A stretch of 63,499 nt of DNA, filler included, from Chiloscyllium plagiosum (lineage: Eukaryota), in the NCBI RefSeq assembly GCF_004010195.1. It is 5 parts of one record of this genome, joined end to end, with 100 filler letters (N's around TTAATTAATTAA, not from the genome) between each part and the next. Parts side by side here need not be neighbours in the genome. Positions count along the whole stretch, not along the records: positions 58,523 to 63,499 come from NC_057714.1; 4 more parts are not named here. One strand, written 5' to 3'. A model generated the notes under the pieces. The model was given only the letters and a program-made list of their open reading frames with translations, was not told the origin of the DNA and searched no databases. Both the position numbers and the translations under genes were made by a program. Positions within the stretch are counted from its first letter, which is position 1; each line of letters begins with the position of its first letter. Shown piece after piece: positions 62,884 to 63,499 of this stretch.

Positions 62884-63499
62884 CCCCTTCTACAAGATCA
62901 TAGTTGATCAGCTTGAGACCTCAACACCCTGACATTTTAAAAATTGACCTACCTCCTCTTTAAATACTTGCAGTGATCTTGCTTTCAAAGGTGTTGGGGA
63001 TAGAGAATGCTAGATATTAACTGAATATCCTGTCAAACCCCCTCAGAATCTGAGACACTTCAATGTGATAATCTCCTCATTCTTTTAAACTCTAAGGAAT
63101 GAAGATCTAACCTGTTTGATTGTTCTTAATAAGTTAACCTCTTCATCCCGGGAATCATCTTGGTGATCTCTTTATGGAACTGCCTTCAATGCTAGCATAT
63201 CCTATTTTAAACTCATCTTGGCTCCAGAGGCCCACTCTCACACTGAAGAGAACAAGAGGACTGGCCATGCTTATAACCCAAGGTTCACCACACCTCAGGC
63301 AAGGTAGAGAATGCAGGATCTTGATGGAATTGAACCCACACTGTTAGTGCCACTCTGCATTATAAACAGCTAGCCAGCTAACTGACCTAACCGATCCTCT
63401 GAGGAGAAAGTGAGGTCTGCAGATGCTGGAGATCAGAGCTGGAAATGTGTTGCTGGAAAAGCGCAGCAGGTCAGGCAGCATCCAGGGAACAGGAGAATC

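Noticed and set aside
63325..63397. tRNA-like sequence on the minus strand
   Set aside because: Degenerate and continuous with a repeat body, so a SINE head rather than a tRNA gene.

Overview
Eukaryotic, repeat-dominated DNA from a cartilaginous fish, most likely a shark. This is inferred from abundant HE1-type SINEs and their CR1/HER1 partner LINEs. The only host gene I can support is on the minus strand: four GT-AG exons (54805-54858, 49654-49759, 47091-47198, 43258-43355) splice in frame to 122 aa. They encode the signal peptide and full extracellular hormone-binding domain of a class B1 (secretin-family) GPCR, best matching GHRHR; a GHRHR-like/PRP receptor paralogue is not excluded. I could not find the transmembrane exons in the 43 kb downstream, which contains N-gaps and artificial TTAATTAATTAA contig linkers. 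The rest is CR1, Rex1/Babar-like and L2-like LINE fragments, tRNA-derived SINEs, a Gypsy integrase remnant with LTRs, minisatellites, local tandem duplications and a tRNA-Ile(AAT)-like gene. The most striking non-coding signal is three families of Penelope-like element termini carrying minimal hammerhead ribozyme cores (CUGANGA-stem II-GAAA-palindromic stem III-UH). These often occur as inverted pairs, and many are flanked by 12-15 bp target-site duplications. Almost all ORFs in the supplied track are repeat-derived or spurious.
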